Source: Octopus sinensis | Lineage: Eukaryota | Assembly: GCF_006345805.1 (NCBI RefSeq) | Contig: NC_043007.1 | Location: 73,842,001 to 73,906,000 of the forward strand | Reading direction: 5' to 3' | DNA: 64,000 nucleotides | In this document: in pieces, positions 49,034-62,904 of the stretch | How the letters are laid out: the number at the start of each line of letters is the position of its first letter | Numbering within the stretch: position 1 is the first letter of the stretch | Notes under the pieces: generated by a model | Database searches by the model: none | What the model was told of the DNA's origin: nothing | What the model saw: the letters and a program-made list of their open reading frames with translations, nothing else | Translations under genes and position numbers: made by a program

Positions 49034-49590
49034 GAGTGAGAGAGCAGTGCATGCCATCAAAGTGACACTGGGGCAAAATATACGAAGGCCAGTATACCCA
49101 TCATGACTACCCGTCTGATAAGAGTACACTAGGCACATGCATCACAAACATATGTGCGCGACATGGTGATCTCATATCAAGATAAACAGCACATGACCTT
49201 GCAGGTGGGGCCCAGTTAGAATTTTCTTCTGGTCGAGTAGCCCATCCCGTTCAAAAGGTCTCTGAATAAGGGTTGTTTAAGGATGTTGGACGAAACACCC
49301 ATGTTTCCAGAGGTGAATTATTCAAACCCCAAAGAATCCCTCTCAACACATGGCTATGATGTTCCCCCACTACCTCTACTCGTGATCAGAGATGCACATA
49401 TCGTCAGCAACTAAGGGACATGGTGAACTGGTTCAGGTCAAACAACTGACAAGCAAATATGTGGTATTGAGCAGAATATTTGCGGTAGCCCATCTTTTAT
49501 ACCAAGACAAAACAATGTACATGATAACACTTCCAATCAGTTAAGATCAGAAGCCACGAGAGTCACTGCTGGGTACTGCATCAGGGCATT
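49033..49590 (-). mobile_element. ~560-bp non-coding element flanked by (ATT)n on both sides
   Basis: Second copy at 39215-39560. No long ORF. The sense-strand 3' end reads ..gcactgctctctcactc(aat)n. Confidence 0.75.
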
Positions 49591-49644
49591 TTATTATTAT
49601 TATTATATTATTATTATTATTATTATATTATTATTATTATTATT

Positions 49645-49676
<32 letters not shown>

Positions 49677-49692
49677 CGTTGTTGTTGTCGTT

Positions 49693-49732
<40 letters not shown>

Positions 49733-49738
49733 TCATCA

Positions 49739-49780
<42 letters not shown>

Positions 49781-49782
<2 letters not shown>

Positions 49783-52560
49783 TACTTTTAATTTGCATGT
49801 TTGTTACAGTCCCTTGCCGAGAAACAACCAACGTCCTAGGATGAGTGAAGGATAAGAGATGTTACAGTACGACTGAAATCTTGGGAAAGGGAAGTGGCAG
49901 AGGTAGTAACGAAATATCGTCATGTTCTAAAAGAACACAGACCTTTAAATAGATAGGTTTTTTTTAAGGATGTGGGTAGTACTTGTCAGCACAATCTTTT
50001 GAATTTCTTTGAAACATGGTTCTCCTGGGATCTTATCTAGATGTTTCTGACATCCTGTTTTTTATCATACCGGAGGCGCCTACAATAACAGGAACAGTTC
50101 TCGCTCTAAGATACCACTGTTTTTGTATTTCAATTTCCCGGCCTTTATATTTACTCAGTTTGACAAATTCCTTTACAGATATATTTTTATCAGTGAGAAC
50201 ACTTCTATTAGTCTACAAGTATTTTCTTTCCTGTCTTTAATAATTATGCCTGCTCGTTTAGCCTGGATAGTTCTGTCAGTGTTGAATGGAAAATCCTAAA
50301 GGATAGTGACATGTTTACCTTCAATGACTGGCTCAGGATGATGTTCATACCAGTAAGCAGGAGTGCTGATTTTGTACTGCTTACAGATTTTCCAATGTAA
50401 ACACTGTCTTACCCTATCATGGAGATTTTTGTATTCGTTTGATGACAATACAGGACATCCCGAATGAGATGGTCTTTTGTATCATCAAATGAGTCACAGA
50501 ATCTGCATTTAGAGTCAGAACCATTTTGAAGAACGTTAGCCAGGTAGTTTTTGGTAAGGAAGCTTTGATCTTGCGCCACCAATATGAAACCTTCAGTCCC
50601 TGCTTTCAGTTCTGAACTTCTCAACCACTGATGGGTTGTTGCTTGGTCTACATCAACATTTCGACTTCGAAGTATATACTGTCCATGCAGAGGCTTCTGG
50701 TTCCACTGCTCCTCAATTTGTTTCTGCCCGTTTTTTTTTTCAGTCTGCTTGATCCGTTTTGCTTGTTTTGTGGCAGTGGTTTCAGGTTCTTCATCTAATT
50801 CAGGGTTAAAGCCAAGTTCACTTGCAAATTTGCAACCTTCCTTGACAAATAAATGTAAATTTTTGCTGTTTTCGTGTTTGCACACAAGCCGCAGCATCCA
50901 ATCCTCTGTACTAGACAAGTACCAGTTCGTTGCTATTGTGGAGTTCTTATAGCACAGTTCTACCTGCATCATTTTTCTTCCCCCATTATTTCTAGGCAGG
51001 TACAGAGATTAACGGCTGCTTTTGTGTGGTGCATGTTCTTAGATGTTTGTAGTTTTCTTGTCTTTTCTGTCCAGGCATTGGAGCTCTGTAAGATTCCAGT
51101 TAACGATGTTAAAACTATATTGGACTATTGGAAGTGCCAGGATGTTAATGACTGCGATGCGATTTTTGGAGTTTAGTTCAGTTTTTAGTATGAGCCTTAT
51201 TCTCCTGTAATACTGTTTTCTTACTTTTTCATTCATAGTACCATGTTGTATACCATCTCCTTCGTTTATCCCCAGGTATTTATAACTTTCTTGTGGGTCA
51301 AGTTCCTTGATGGCAGCGTCGGTATCTTATTTAATGGAAGCTATTTGCCTGAGCTTGCCTCTTACAAAAGTTGCTCTAGCACACTTATCAAAGCCAAAAT
51401 CCATCCCGATATCATTGCTGAACTCTTTAACAGTTGTTAGCAGCCCTACTAGCGCTTCGTCATTTCTAGCAAAGAGCTTCAGGTCGTTCATATAAAACAG
51501 ATGGTTTACTATAATATTATATACTTTAAACCCATATTCAGTTCGTTTGAGAGTTGGATCAGTACCATGCAAAAGAGTAATGGGGAGAGGGAGTCGTCTT
51601 GAAAGATACCTCGTTTGATGTTGATGTTGTTAGATTGGCTCATCCCATTACTATGGTTTAGAAGGAGACGTGTGTTCCGCTTGGTCATGCCTCCTTGTAA
51701 GAATTTGGAGACGACAAGAAAGATCTCATATATTTCAAGGACCTTGAGTAGCCAATTATGTGGGACGCTATCAAACGTTTTCCTGTAGTCTATCAATGTC
51801 ATACTCAGGTTCTTCTTTTTGCTCCGGCAATTCTCTACAATCATTTTATTTACGAGTAATTGATCTTTGTACCACCTATAAGAATTCCTTTTACAACCTT
51901 TTTGAGCTTGTGGAAGGTTAGACTTCTGTTCAAGAAAAATATATATTCTTTGAGTTAGTATGGATGTGAGGATCTTGTAGGTGGTGTTGAGACATATTAT
52001 TGGTTGGTAGTTCTTTGCATTTTTTGTGTCTTCAGTTTTTGGTAGAAGGCATCTTCCTTCAGTCAGTAAGGCAGGTATTTTCTCTGGGTTCTGGATATCA
52101 GTTAGAGATGCAGCGAAATTTTTGTGTACTTCTGTTAAACAATTCAGCCAGAAGTTAGGAATCCGGTGTAGTCCTGGGGTTTTCCATTTGTAAAACCTCA
52201 TAAGAACACATCCTAGCTCTTCTATTTCTGTTGCTACCCATTTCTGTTCTTCAACTTCACCCAGTCTCACTTTCTCGCGCTCTATCCAGTCAGCTTCAGC
52301 ACTATATTCTTTTTTGTGGCTCCCTTACTTCTATCTTACTTTTGCCAATTTCTCTATAAAATTTCTTTGCATAATTCTTGAATACCTTGTTTTGTCGATA
52401 AAATATGATCCTTTTGTTATACCTTCTAAGTCGTTGGGCTTTGGGATGTATTCGCTGATTCATTAGTTCCTTGGTTCCATGGAGGTTTATAAAATCTTAG
52501 ATTTTATGTTTTTGCTTGATTTTTCTAGCTTGATTCGTCTTAACATGTACTCTTCTAGCA
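49781..52560 (-). mobile_element. R4/Dong-clade LINE (RT + CCHC zinc knuckle + REL endonuclease), degenerate and 5'-truncated
   Basis: KAQRLRRYNKR..KKFYREIGK; YQPIICLNTTYKILT; IDYRKTFDSVPH; GIFQDDSLSPLLF; HLFYMNDLKLF (YMDD); KPLHGQY..TEGFILVAQDQ..KCRFC. The 3' end runs into (TAA)n. Confidence 0.92.
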
Positions 52561-52799
52561 AATTTCATCTCGTAGTTATATTACAAAGTGAGATGAGAGT
52601 TTGATTTTAAATTCCACTCCGCTATTTGGATTAAAGAAGATATATTTGATCACTTTATGTTAATTTGTTAATGATCAATCAAAAATGATGTCGAGCGATC
52701 GAGGCAATATTTTCTCCTTAAAGAAAATCTGAAACGAACAGAACCGCACCCATGGCAAACAGTAATGCACATGAGGTTTGAAGGCTGTCTGTTAGCTAA

Positions 52800-52850
<51 letters not shown>

Positions 52851-53509
52851 GTGAGTGAGGGTGGCATTGGGGTGAAATGGGACGGTCTTGACCAACTGTT
52901 ACGTTTATGAAGGTGACACTTTTGGACACACTGTATATGCCTGTATGGGTGGTGGGGGCGAGGTAATGGCGGGAAATCCATGGACTGATTCAGGTGGCAC
53001 ACACTCGAGCTACGCCATTTCGAAAGAAGATATAATAATGATATTTCTGCAGACTTTAATACTTGAGAGTGCATTCTTAGCAACGGTTTCGGTATTACCA
53101 CCACTGCCCACCCCCGTCACTGTTATCACCACCGCCAACGTCACCGACATCGTCACCCCCGCCGCCGCCATCACCATCATTAGTAACACCACCACCAACA
53201 ACAATAACAACAACAGCAACAACAACACTGACGCACATATGTCGGTAGAAGCCAACTTTCTGCAGAGCAAAGGTAGTCTGCATTTTTAGGGCTACCCTGA
53301 CCGTTTCTGTATGTTTATCTCAGACTCACCAACAACATAAGGGACAACTTCCCTTGTCATCTGTATTCAGGTACATACCATTCCAGGATCAGACTGCTTT
53401 CACATCTACCAGGTCGCAAAATGCAGGACAAGACACATAGAGGACAATGTCATCAACATTGATGGACAGCTTTAAGCAATAAGCAGCATTTATGGTTAAA
53501 ATAGTTGTT

Positions 53510-53845
53510 TTGGCTCAGTGGTTAGAGTGTCGAGCTTACGATCGTGAGGTTGTGAGCTCGAATCCCGGACCGGGCTGCGTGTTGTGTTCTTGAGCAAAGC
53601 ACTTTATTTCACGTTGCTCCAGTTCACTCAGCTGTAGAAATGAGTTGCGACGTCACAGGTGCCAAGCTGTATCGACCTTTGTCTTTCCCTTGGATAACAC
53701 TGGTGGCGTGGAGAGGGGAGGCTGGTATGCATGGGCGACTGCTGGTCTTCCATAAACAACCTTGCCCGGACTTGTGTCTAGGAGGGTAACTTTCTAGGTG
53801 CAATCCCATGGTCATTCATGACCGAAGGGGGTCTTTACCCTTTTA
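53510..53845 (+). mobile_element. SINE family C (young copy)
   Basis: tRNA-like head ggctcagtggttagagtg...gagctcgaatcccgg followed by a body shared with 20275-20600. Confidence 0.9.
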
Positions 53846-54273
53846 GTTGTTTTATATTCTCATAATTTAAACAGCTTTTTCTTTCATGTAGTATTTCATG
53901 TTGTTTCTTCCTCTGATTGCTGTAGCTACACGCCCCACAACAAATTTATATGTCAATAGATTATCCTTAGATTAACCTTAACACCCTTTATTTCTATTAT
54001 TGTCATTATCAGTTTTATGTGTTACCAGGCAGTTTGAAATTAGTCTGAACTAGTAGACCTCTGTAAATGTCGTTCCTGATGTTGCAATTTTAACCATTTT
54101 TGTTATTATTTAGCCATTTATACCCAAATAATTTCCACAAATCATTTGTATTTTCTATCCTCCTACAAGGGAGAAGGGAACAGAGAGCTGCAGTTATAAA
54201 AAACAACTTTCAATGTCTTCATTGTAGCCACATTGGAATGATTTTTGAAATTGTTTTGATAACATAATTTTCT

Positions 54274-54694
54274 CTTCAGAAATCAAGTTTTCTTCCTTTT
54301 TCTTAATTAATTATCTCTAGGATTAGCTAAAGGCAACTAATTTTGTGGGCTAATTACAAATCATTAAAAAATGGGTAAAGTCGATCAAGTCCTTCAGAAA
54401 TTAAGTTTCCTTCCTTTTTCACGATTAATTATCCCTAGGGTTAGCTAAAGGCAACTAATTTTGTGGGCTAATTACAAATCATTAAAAAACGGGTAAAGTC
54501 GATCAAGTCCTTTAGAAATTAAGTTTTCTTCCTTTTTCACGATTAATCATCCCTAGGATTAGCTAAAGGCAACTAATTTTGTGGGCTAATTACAAATCAT
54601 AAAAAAATGGGTAAAGTCGATCAAGTCCTTCAGAAATTAAGTTTCCTTCCTTTTTCATGATTAATTATCCCTAGGATTAACTAAAGGTAACTAA
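54274..54694. repeat. 118-bp minisatellite, about 3.6 copies
   Basis: The ctagg anchor falls at 54317, 54435, 54553 and 54671 (exact 118 spacing), and the copies are nearly identical. Confidence 0.95.
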
Positions 54695-55089
54695 GACGAT
54701 CAGGTCCTTTCTCGACTGCAGCCAGAAGAATAAAACAGTGTCTTGTTTCTACACATCAGTTTTGTGGCCATGCATCCACTTTTCATCAAATTTGATTGAG
54801 TTGAGTTGAGTGAGAGTCTTGTCTGCAATACTTTCAATCGTGTTTACACTAAAAAACATGAACCTCTTTTGCTCTAGCTACTAGACAAGAAAAATATCAA
54901 AAACTTTACAAACTTTACAAGGGACTCAGCCGACAGCCAGATCTATCCTACATGTGTAGGCATAAAAAATAATTGCTGCAATAATTGACAATGAAAATAA
55001 GTGATACCGGCAACAATATATACAACAACAACAACAACAACCAAACCAGCAATAATAAAATGTAAGTAATAGGGAAGCAAAGGGTTAGG

Positions 55090-55260
55090 CCGCAAAACGA
55101 AGTTGAAGCTGTTCAAGTCATTCGTCCAACCAATATTGAAACGTGAAAACTGGAAAGTGACAAAAAGTGTAGGGAAAACAATGGACAGCTTTCAATTCAT
55201 ATGCTTAAGGAGAATATTTGACATCAAGTGGCTGCAAAGAGTCCAAAATGACACCGCTCG
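55090..55260 (+). mobile_element. RTE-type LINE ORF C-terminal fragment
   Basis: KTKLKLFKSFVQPILKRENWKVTKSVGKTMDSFQFICLRRIFDIKWLQRVQN, matching TKxxxFxxxVxxxL(LYGSE)TW...CLRRILxIxW. Confidence 0.7.
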
Positions 55261-55859
55261 TCTGGTTCTGCACTCCGTCTCGCTACTAAATCATTCCTTC
55301 AACTTCAGTTTTTTCCCTTCATTTTCTCAGGTTCTTCCTTTTATTTTCTCGGTTTTTTCCTTTCATTTTCTCAGTTTTTCCTTTCATTTTCTCAGTTTTC
55401 CTTTAATTTTTTTCGCTTTTTTTCTTTCATTTTCTCAGTGTCATCTAACGATGACATACAATGGAAGTAAATGAAAATAATGTCGTCCGTTTATCAACAA
55501 AAAATGAAAAGCAACGATGATATGGTACTACAAAAGTGGAAACTCCACTCAAATGTCGCCAGTTATGATTCATATGAAATATTTTGCATTGCCTTTGGCT
55601 TGACAAACCAGATAATCACGCCCAATTTTTAAATTATAGAAAGATTAGGTATCCAATTGTAATTTATGTCACACACAATACAGAACAAGTTCATGTACTT
55701 TTTGAGTGGGAGGTGACAATAAAAGACAAAAAATAAAATGAAAGAAAGAAAGAAAAAAGATGGAAAATACTTGTTTTTAGTACCTGAAACGAGTTGTTTG
55801 GTTTTCCTCTTCTCTGATAAAGAAAAGAAATTTCGAATTGTGTACTTAAGAACCTCACT

Positions 55860-55984
55860 TTGCAATCGTGGTTTCGGGTTCGGTTTCACAGCACGGTATT
55901 TACTGTAGCATCGGGCCGACCAGTATCTTGTGAGTGAGCTTGGTAGACGAAAACTGCGTGGAAGCCTGTCGAATATGCATTTGT

Positions 55985-56032
<48 letters not shown>

Positions 56033-56240
56033 GTGCGCATCTTTATGTTTGTGTTTATTTCCTTCCCACTTGACAACCGGTATTGGTTTGTTTATGTCGC
56101 CGTAACTTAGCGGTTCGGCAAAACAATCGATTGAATAAGTATCAAATTAAAAATTTATACTGGGGTTGATTTGTTCGATTAAACCCTTCATAGCGATTGC
56201 TCCAGCATGACCTCTGTCCAATAAATGAAACAATTAAAAT
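55860..56240 (+). mobile_element. SINE family A, degenerate
   Basis: Head, (GT)n and tail are recognisable. Confidence 0.8.
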
Positions 56241-56474
56241 AAAATACTATGTACTCACTCTCAGTCGATGATTAGTTTGGAAAGGTCTTATATCGAAAAT
56301 TTCTACCAATTAGACTTGACCGACCGTGTGAAAAAAAGTTTACTTCCCAATAGCATGGTTACGGGTTCAGTTCCACTATGTGACACCTGGTGGAGGTGTC
56401 TTCTGTTATAGCCTCGCACCGACCAAAACTTTGTGAATGTATTTGAATGACGGAAACTGAAAGAAGCTCGTCCA

Positions 56475-57530
<1,056 letters not shown>

Positions 57531-57870
57531 TACGTGTGTATGTCTGTGTGTCTGTGTTTGTCCTCCACACCGCTTGACGACTAGTGTTGGTGTGTTTACG
57601 TCCCTGTAACATAGCAGCTCGGCCAAAGAGACCGATAGAACATGTACATAAGGTCGATTCATTCGACTATAAAATTCTTCAACGCGGTGACCCAGCATGG
57701 CCGCAGTCTAATGACTGAAACAAGTAAAAAGTATAAGATAAAAGGTAACTGAAAGAAATAGTAAGCAACAGTAGTAGCACGTGTAAGCTAGAATCCCTCA
57801 TTCAGACGTTAGATCTCTAACTATAGCTGTAAACGAAGCAGCTTTCGTATGAAACACAGTTGCACATTTA

Positions 57871-59157
57871 CGAGCGGTGTTCATTAAAGATTTCCTCTGA
57901 CCCACTTCCAGTTATTGCAGGAAACGGAACTTGTACGAGTATAATTATACATGTCTCTACATGTCACGTTGTAAATTGCAGCTTTCCACTAGTATTCGTT
58001 TATCTTTTACGGCTGCTGAAATGGACTAAGGTGTTATAATGGAGGCAGTTGAATGCAGATCAGTGATCTGGTTCTTATATTTGAAAGGTCGTACACCAAA
58101 AGAGATGAAAGAAGAGATGAAAGAAGTCTATGGTGATGATGCACCATCATAGGACATAGTCAAGCACTGGCATCGCCAGTTCAAATGTGGTGGGATATCG
58201 GTGGAAACTGCTCCTATTCCTGGGCGACCACATTCTGCCATTGATGACGACACCATCCATAAAGTAGAAGCAGTCATTTTGGGGGACCGCTGCATAACTA
58301 TTCGGCAACTAGCCCAAGAAGTGAAGATAAGTGAAGGGTTCGTGGAAAAAATAATTCACGACCATTTGCACATGTAAAAGTTGTCTGCACGATGGATTCT
58401 CCGTTTACTCACACCTTTTCAGAAGCAGGAACGAGTCAATTGTACCCAGGCTCTTTTGGCAATGAGCCAAGAAAACGAGGTGGACTTTTTCGGCAGACTT
58501 ATCACACAGGATGAAATATGGGTCCATTACTATGATCCTGAGACTAAAGTGCAGTCGAAGTAATGGAAACATCATAACTCACCACCTCCAAATAAGGCTC
58601 GTGTTCTACCCTCAGCAGGCAAGGTGATGCTCACAGTCTCTTGGGACCAGTGTGGGGTAGTGATGGATTTTCTGCAAAGGGCACCACAGTTAACGGGGCA
58701 TACTATGCTTCTCTACTGCAGAAATTGCGTGACGCCATGAAAGCAGAGAGGCGTGGCATGTTGACCAAAGGAGTCCACCTCCTCCAAGACAACGCCCCAA
58801 TTCACAATGTGTATGTTGCCCTGATGAAAGCACACTCCTGCAGCTATTAAATCCTTCCTAATTCCCCTTACTCTCCCGACCTCGCACCATCTGATTTCCA
58901 CCTCTTTCCAATCATGAAGTCTTTTTTGAAGGGGAGGTACTTTCCGGGTGATGAACTTATTTCCGATGTAAAGTCTTGGCTCCAGACGTAACCTACCGGC
59001 GTCTACAGATGAGGTCTTCCCTGCTGCATAAAGCGACGGGAGAAGTGTGTCACTTTTGGTGGTGGCTATGTAGAAAAGGGCTAATAATTAACCCAAGTTT
59101 CTCTTATCCCAGTTCTTGGGAAGGGGGACAGGGGAAATGTTTAATGAACACCCCTCG
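57871..59157 (+). mobile_element. Full-length (1287 bp) mariner element, DD34D transposase pseudogene
   Basis: TA duplications at 57869-70 and 59158-59. TIRs are cgag(c/g)ggtgttcattaaa / tttaatgaacacccctcg. From ATG 58039 the reading is MEAVECRSVI..; ARWILRLLT, TQDEIWVHYYDPETK, LLQDNAP, PYSPDLAPSDFHLF. Several stops and a frameshift are present. Confidence 0.95.
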
Positions 59158-59239
59158 TATTAAGTTTTTAAACACCACACTTTGAGTAGGGAAGCATAAA
59201 AAGATAATGTTATGGCATTATTTTGATTAGCTATAACAA

Positions 59240-59835
59240 TTTCAAATTTTGGCACAAGGTCAGCAATTTTAGTGCAAGTAGGTTAGTCGATTACATCGAT
59301 CTCAGGGCTCAACTGGTACTTATTTTATCCCCCCCCCCACCAAAATGACGGATGGCAAAGTCAATTACGGCGGAATGTGAACTCAGAATATTGTAGAGTC
59401 AGAAAAAATACTGCTAAGCATTTTGTCCGGCGTGTTAACGATTCTTATTTCTTTATTGCCCATAAGGGGCTAAACACAGAAGGCTCCAACAAGGACAGAA
59501 AACGGATTAAGTCGATTATATCGACCCAATGCGTAACTCGTACTTAATTTATCGACCCTGAAAGGATGAAAGGCAAAGTCGACCTTGGCGGAATTTGAAC
59601 TCAGAACGTAACGGCAGAGGAAATACTGCTAAGCATTTCGCCCGGCGTGTTAACGCTTCTGCCGGCTCGCTGCCTTATTAATGGTAATAATGGTTTCATA
59701 TTTTGGTACAAAATTCCTCGGTACAAAATTCCTTGGTACAAAATTCCTCGGCGGAATTTGAACTCAGAGCATAAAGACGGACGAAATGCCGTTAAGCAAT
59801 TTGTTGCACGTGCTAGCGATTCTACCAGCGCGTCG
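59240..59835 (-). mobile_element. Cluster of SINE family B copies
   Basis: Repeated ggcaaagtc..cggcggaat(t/g)tgaactcaga. A 15-bp triplication ggtacaaaattcct(c/t) lies at 59705-59749. Confidence 0.85.
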
Positions 59836-60399
59836 CCTTCGATTGTTGTTGATAAAATGTAATAACCTGTGGAGGTAATTAGTATAAAAGTAACTGCGTC
59901 TGTTATGTTTAACAAAAGAGGTAACCATTTGTACAAACACTAGTAGTAATAACAGCAGTAGTAATATAACAACTAGTCGTCCTAACAAACAGTAGTATGA
60001 ATCAAAATACATATAATGTTAAGAACAGGTGAAGTTAGCTCAGTGTTCTTGTAGGTCAAGAATATCTAGAGTTCCAGACTTCTGATCTTATCTATAGAGA
60101 TCAAACTGTTCAACCCAAACATTAATATTGTCATACTTAATAAGACTGGCGAGGTGGCAGAATCGTTAGTTTGTCGGTAAATTTTTTTTAGCAGTAATTC
60201 GTCTGTTTTTACGCTCTGAGTTCAAATCGCACCGAGGTCGACTTTGCATTTCATACTTTCGGGATTGATAAAGTAAGTACCAGTTAAATACTGATAACGA
60301 TGTAATCGACTTATCCCCTCCCAAATTTGCTGGCATTGTGCCAAAAATTGAAATCAATATTGTCATACTTTATATGATAAAATCCGGGGACAGTACGAA

Positions 60400-60750
60400 G
60401 AGTTCACTGAGAGAAGTGCAAACTTTTATAAATAGCTGCTCAGGAAGAATTCTCCGCGTGACTTGGAAAGGTCAGCAACACGGATCTCTGACATAGGACA
60501 CCATCTGCTATATTTAATAGAAGAAGTAACTAGAAAGAAGTGGAGAAAGATTGAGCACTCAATAAGTAGACTAGTTACGTAACCACGTATGGAATCGAAA
60601 AGAAATCGAAGAGATCAGTCGAGAAGAACCTGATGGAGTGTTTACTGGTAGGATGTCAAGGAAGCAGAGGTACGCTAAGGGCGAACTAGTGTACCTGGCT
60701 CAAGACAGGAAACGGTTAAAGAACACTACCAGTGGTCAAGAGACAATAGG
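60400..60750 (+). mobile_element. RTE-type LINE 3' end fragment with (GAA)n tail
   Basis: LRRILRVTWKG.. and ..GELVYLAQDRKRLKN.., immediately followed by (GAA)n. Confidence 0.6.
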
Positions 60751-61100
60751 AAGAAGAAGAAGAAGAAGAAGAAGAAGAAGAAGAAGAAGGAGAAGAAGAA
60801 GGAGAAGGAGGAGAAGAAGGAGAAGGAGGAGAAGAAGAAAGAGGAGGAGGAGAAGAAGAAAGAGGAGGAGGAGGAGGAAGAAGGAGGAGGAGGAAGAAGG
60901 AGGAGGAGGAGAAGAAGAAGAAGGAGGAGGAGGAAGAAGAAGGAGGAGGAGGAGAAGTAGGAGGAGGAGGAGGAAGAAGTAGGAGGAGGAGGAGGAGGAA
61001 GATGAAGGAGGAGGAAGAAGTAGGAGGAGGAGGAGGAGGAGGAAGAAGAAGAAGAAGATGAGGAGGAGGAAGAAGCAGAAGAAGAAGAAGAAGAACATCA
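60749..61100. repeat. ~350-bp (GAA)/(GGA) polypurine tract
   Basis: Directly visible. Confidence 0.95.
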
Positions 61101-61391
61101 GCAGAAACAGTGTCACACGAATTACTTCCAACAGAACAGAAATCAAACATTTGCTGATAACTGTTCAATATTTGACTTTTGTCATAGAAAAAACGTAACG
61201 GTTAAAAAGTTGATTTCATTGAGGGAGGATTCATGAAAAATTAGTAGAGACTTATTTTCTGCTTTTAATCAGCACAATTCATGAACGAAGTTAAACGGTG
61301 CTGTTTCAACAGTTGCAAGGTAAAATTTTTGAGACACGTTGAAAGTACAAAAATTTTTTTTAAAAAAAGCAGAAAGAAAAGAGAAACCAAG

Positions 61392-61555
61392 GCCCAGGAG
61401 TGGCTGTGTGGTAAGTAGCTTGCTAAACAACCACATGGTTCCGGGTTCAGTCCCACTGCGTGGCATCTTGGGCGAGTGTCTTCTGCTATAGCCCCGGGTC
61501 GACCAATGCCTTGTGAGTGGACTTGGTAGACGGAAACTGAAAGAAGCCTGTCGTA

Positions 61556-61604
<49 letters not shown>

Positions 61605-61815
61605 CTGTCCCCCTAGCATTGCTTGACAACCGATGCTGGTGTGTTTACGTCCCCGTCACTTAGCGGTTCGGCAAAAGAGACTGATAGAATAAGTACTGGG
61701 CTTACAAAGAATAAGTCCTGGGGTCGATTTGCTCGACTAAAGGCGGTGCTCCAGCATGGCCGCAGTCAAAAGACTGAAACAAGTAAAAGAGTAAAAGAGT
61801 AAAAGAGTAAAGAGA
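61392..61815 (+). mobile_element. SINE family A, full-length young copy
   Basis: Complete head, internal (TA)n and tail, ending in (gtaaaaga)n. Confidence 0.92.
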
Positions 61816-62107
61816 GTATTTGATGGCGTATAAGACGCCCTTTCACCCTAGCTTCTAACTATAAAGTTGGGCCTATGTTACATGCTTTAATGCAGTAAAT
61901 CCCCCCTTTTTTCCCTGAATATGCTCTGTTGAAATTTGGGTGCATCTTTAATACCATCAAACACGGTATATCGTTTTCACTTTTTAAAAAATATTTTCAC
62001 CTTAAAAAGATATTTATGACATCAAACACAGTGTGTCAATTCCACTTTTAAAAGATCGTGTTTTTCACAAAATATATTTTTCACATTTCGTTTTTGTGTG
62101 TTGAAGC

Positions 62108-62250
62108 ATATTCTGTTATGTCTGTGGTGAGGCATTTTCTTTTTGTGCCTTATAATGTAAAAATAAGGAAAAAGTGGAAATTTTACCGGTGAGTGTGTTA
62201 CATTATAAGGCACAAAAAGAAAATGACGCTCCCCAGACACAAAAGAATAT
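62108..62250. repeat. Long hairpin: ~53-bp arms including a perfect 28-bp core, 37-nt loop
   Basis: cattttctttttgtgccttataatgtaa (62133-62160) is the exact reverse complement of 62198-62225. Confidence 0.9.
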
Positions 62251-62619
62251 TTTTCACTGTTAAATTGTAAACTATAAAAAATTAGGTGTGCTTCAGATAT
62301 AGGGCATAAATGGCCTTTTGAAATGATGATGCTTTGACATTTGACATTGAATGCCATGAAAATTTGCAGTATCATGCATCCTCCCGCCACATTCTTATGT
62401 ATGTCGTTTCATATTTATCAGCTTAGAGTAAAGTGCAGCGGTTCTCAACCGCAACTCCCAGGGATATATACGGCCTTCAGGCAAGCATCCTTCCGGCGAG
62501 ACCCGACAGAATTCCTGCTATAAATATGACAAATTCTTGTTTAATTGCTTTACTTATTTTGGTGCTGACCACCAAAAATTCCAGACTTTGGACCTGGTCC
62601 GGGTATTTAAAAAGTTGTG

Positions 62620-62765
62620 AACTTAGCAGTTCGGCAAAAGAGACCGTTAGAATAAGTACTAGGCTTACAAAGAATAAGTCCTGGGGTTGATTTGCTCGAC
62701 TAAAGGCGGTGCTCCAGCATGGCCACATTCAAATGACTGAAACAAGTAAAAGAGAGAAAAGAGAG
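62620..62765 (+). mobile_element. SINE family A tail
   Basis: cttagcagttcggcaaaagagaccg...gactgaaacaagtaaaagag. Confidence 0.85.
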
Positions 62766-62904
62766 TAACTGGTTTAGTGATTCAGAATACGAGGAAAACA
62801 TGAGGAAAATAGGAGAACTTTTCCAATTTTTCTTGCGTTGTGGGTTACTGAATAAGAGTAATTTTCAGCAATGACGAAGAAGATCATACCAAGAGTTGTA
62901 AATA

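Noticed and set aside
53513-53585. tRNA-like sequence with A and B boxes
   Set aside because: It continues directly into a SINE body shared with 20275-20600 and has no proper acceptor stem, so it is a SINE head. The other tRNA-like heads were rejected likewise.
62434-62520. hAT-like terminus cagcggttctcaacc with CpG-rich sequence
   Set aside because: No matching opposite TIR or 8-bp TSD was found, so it is too weak to call.
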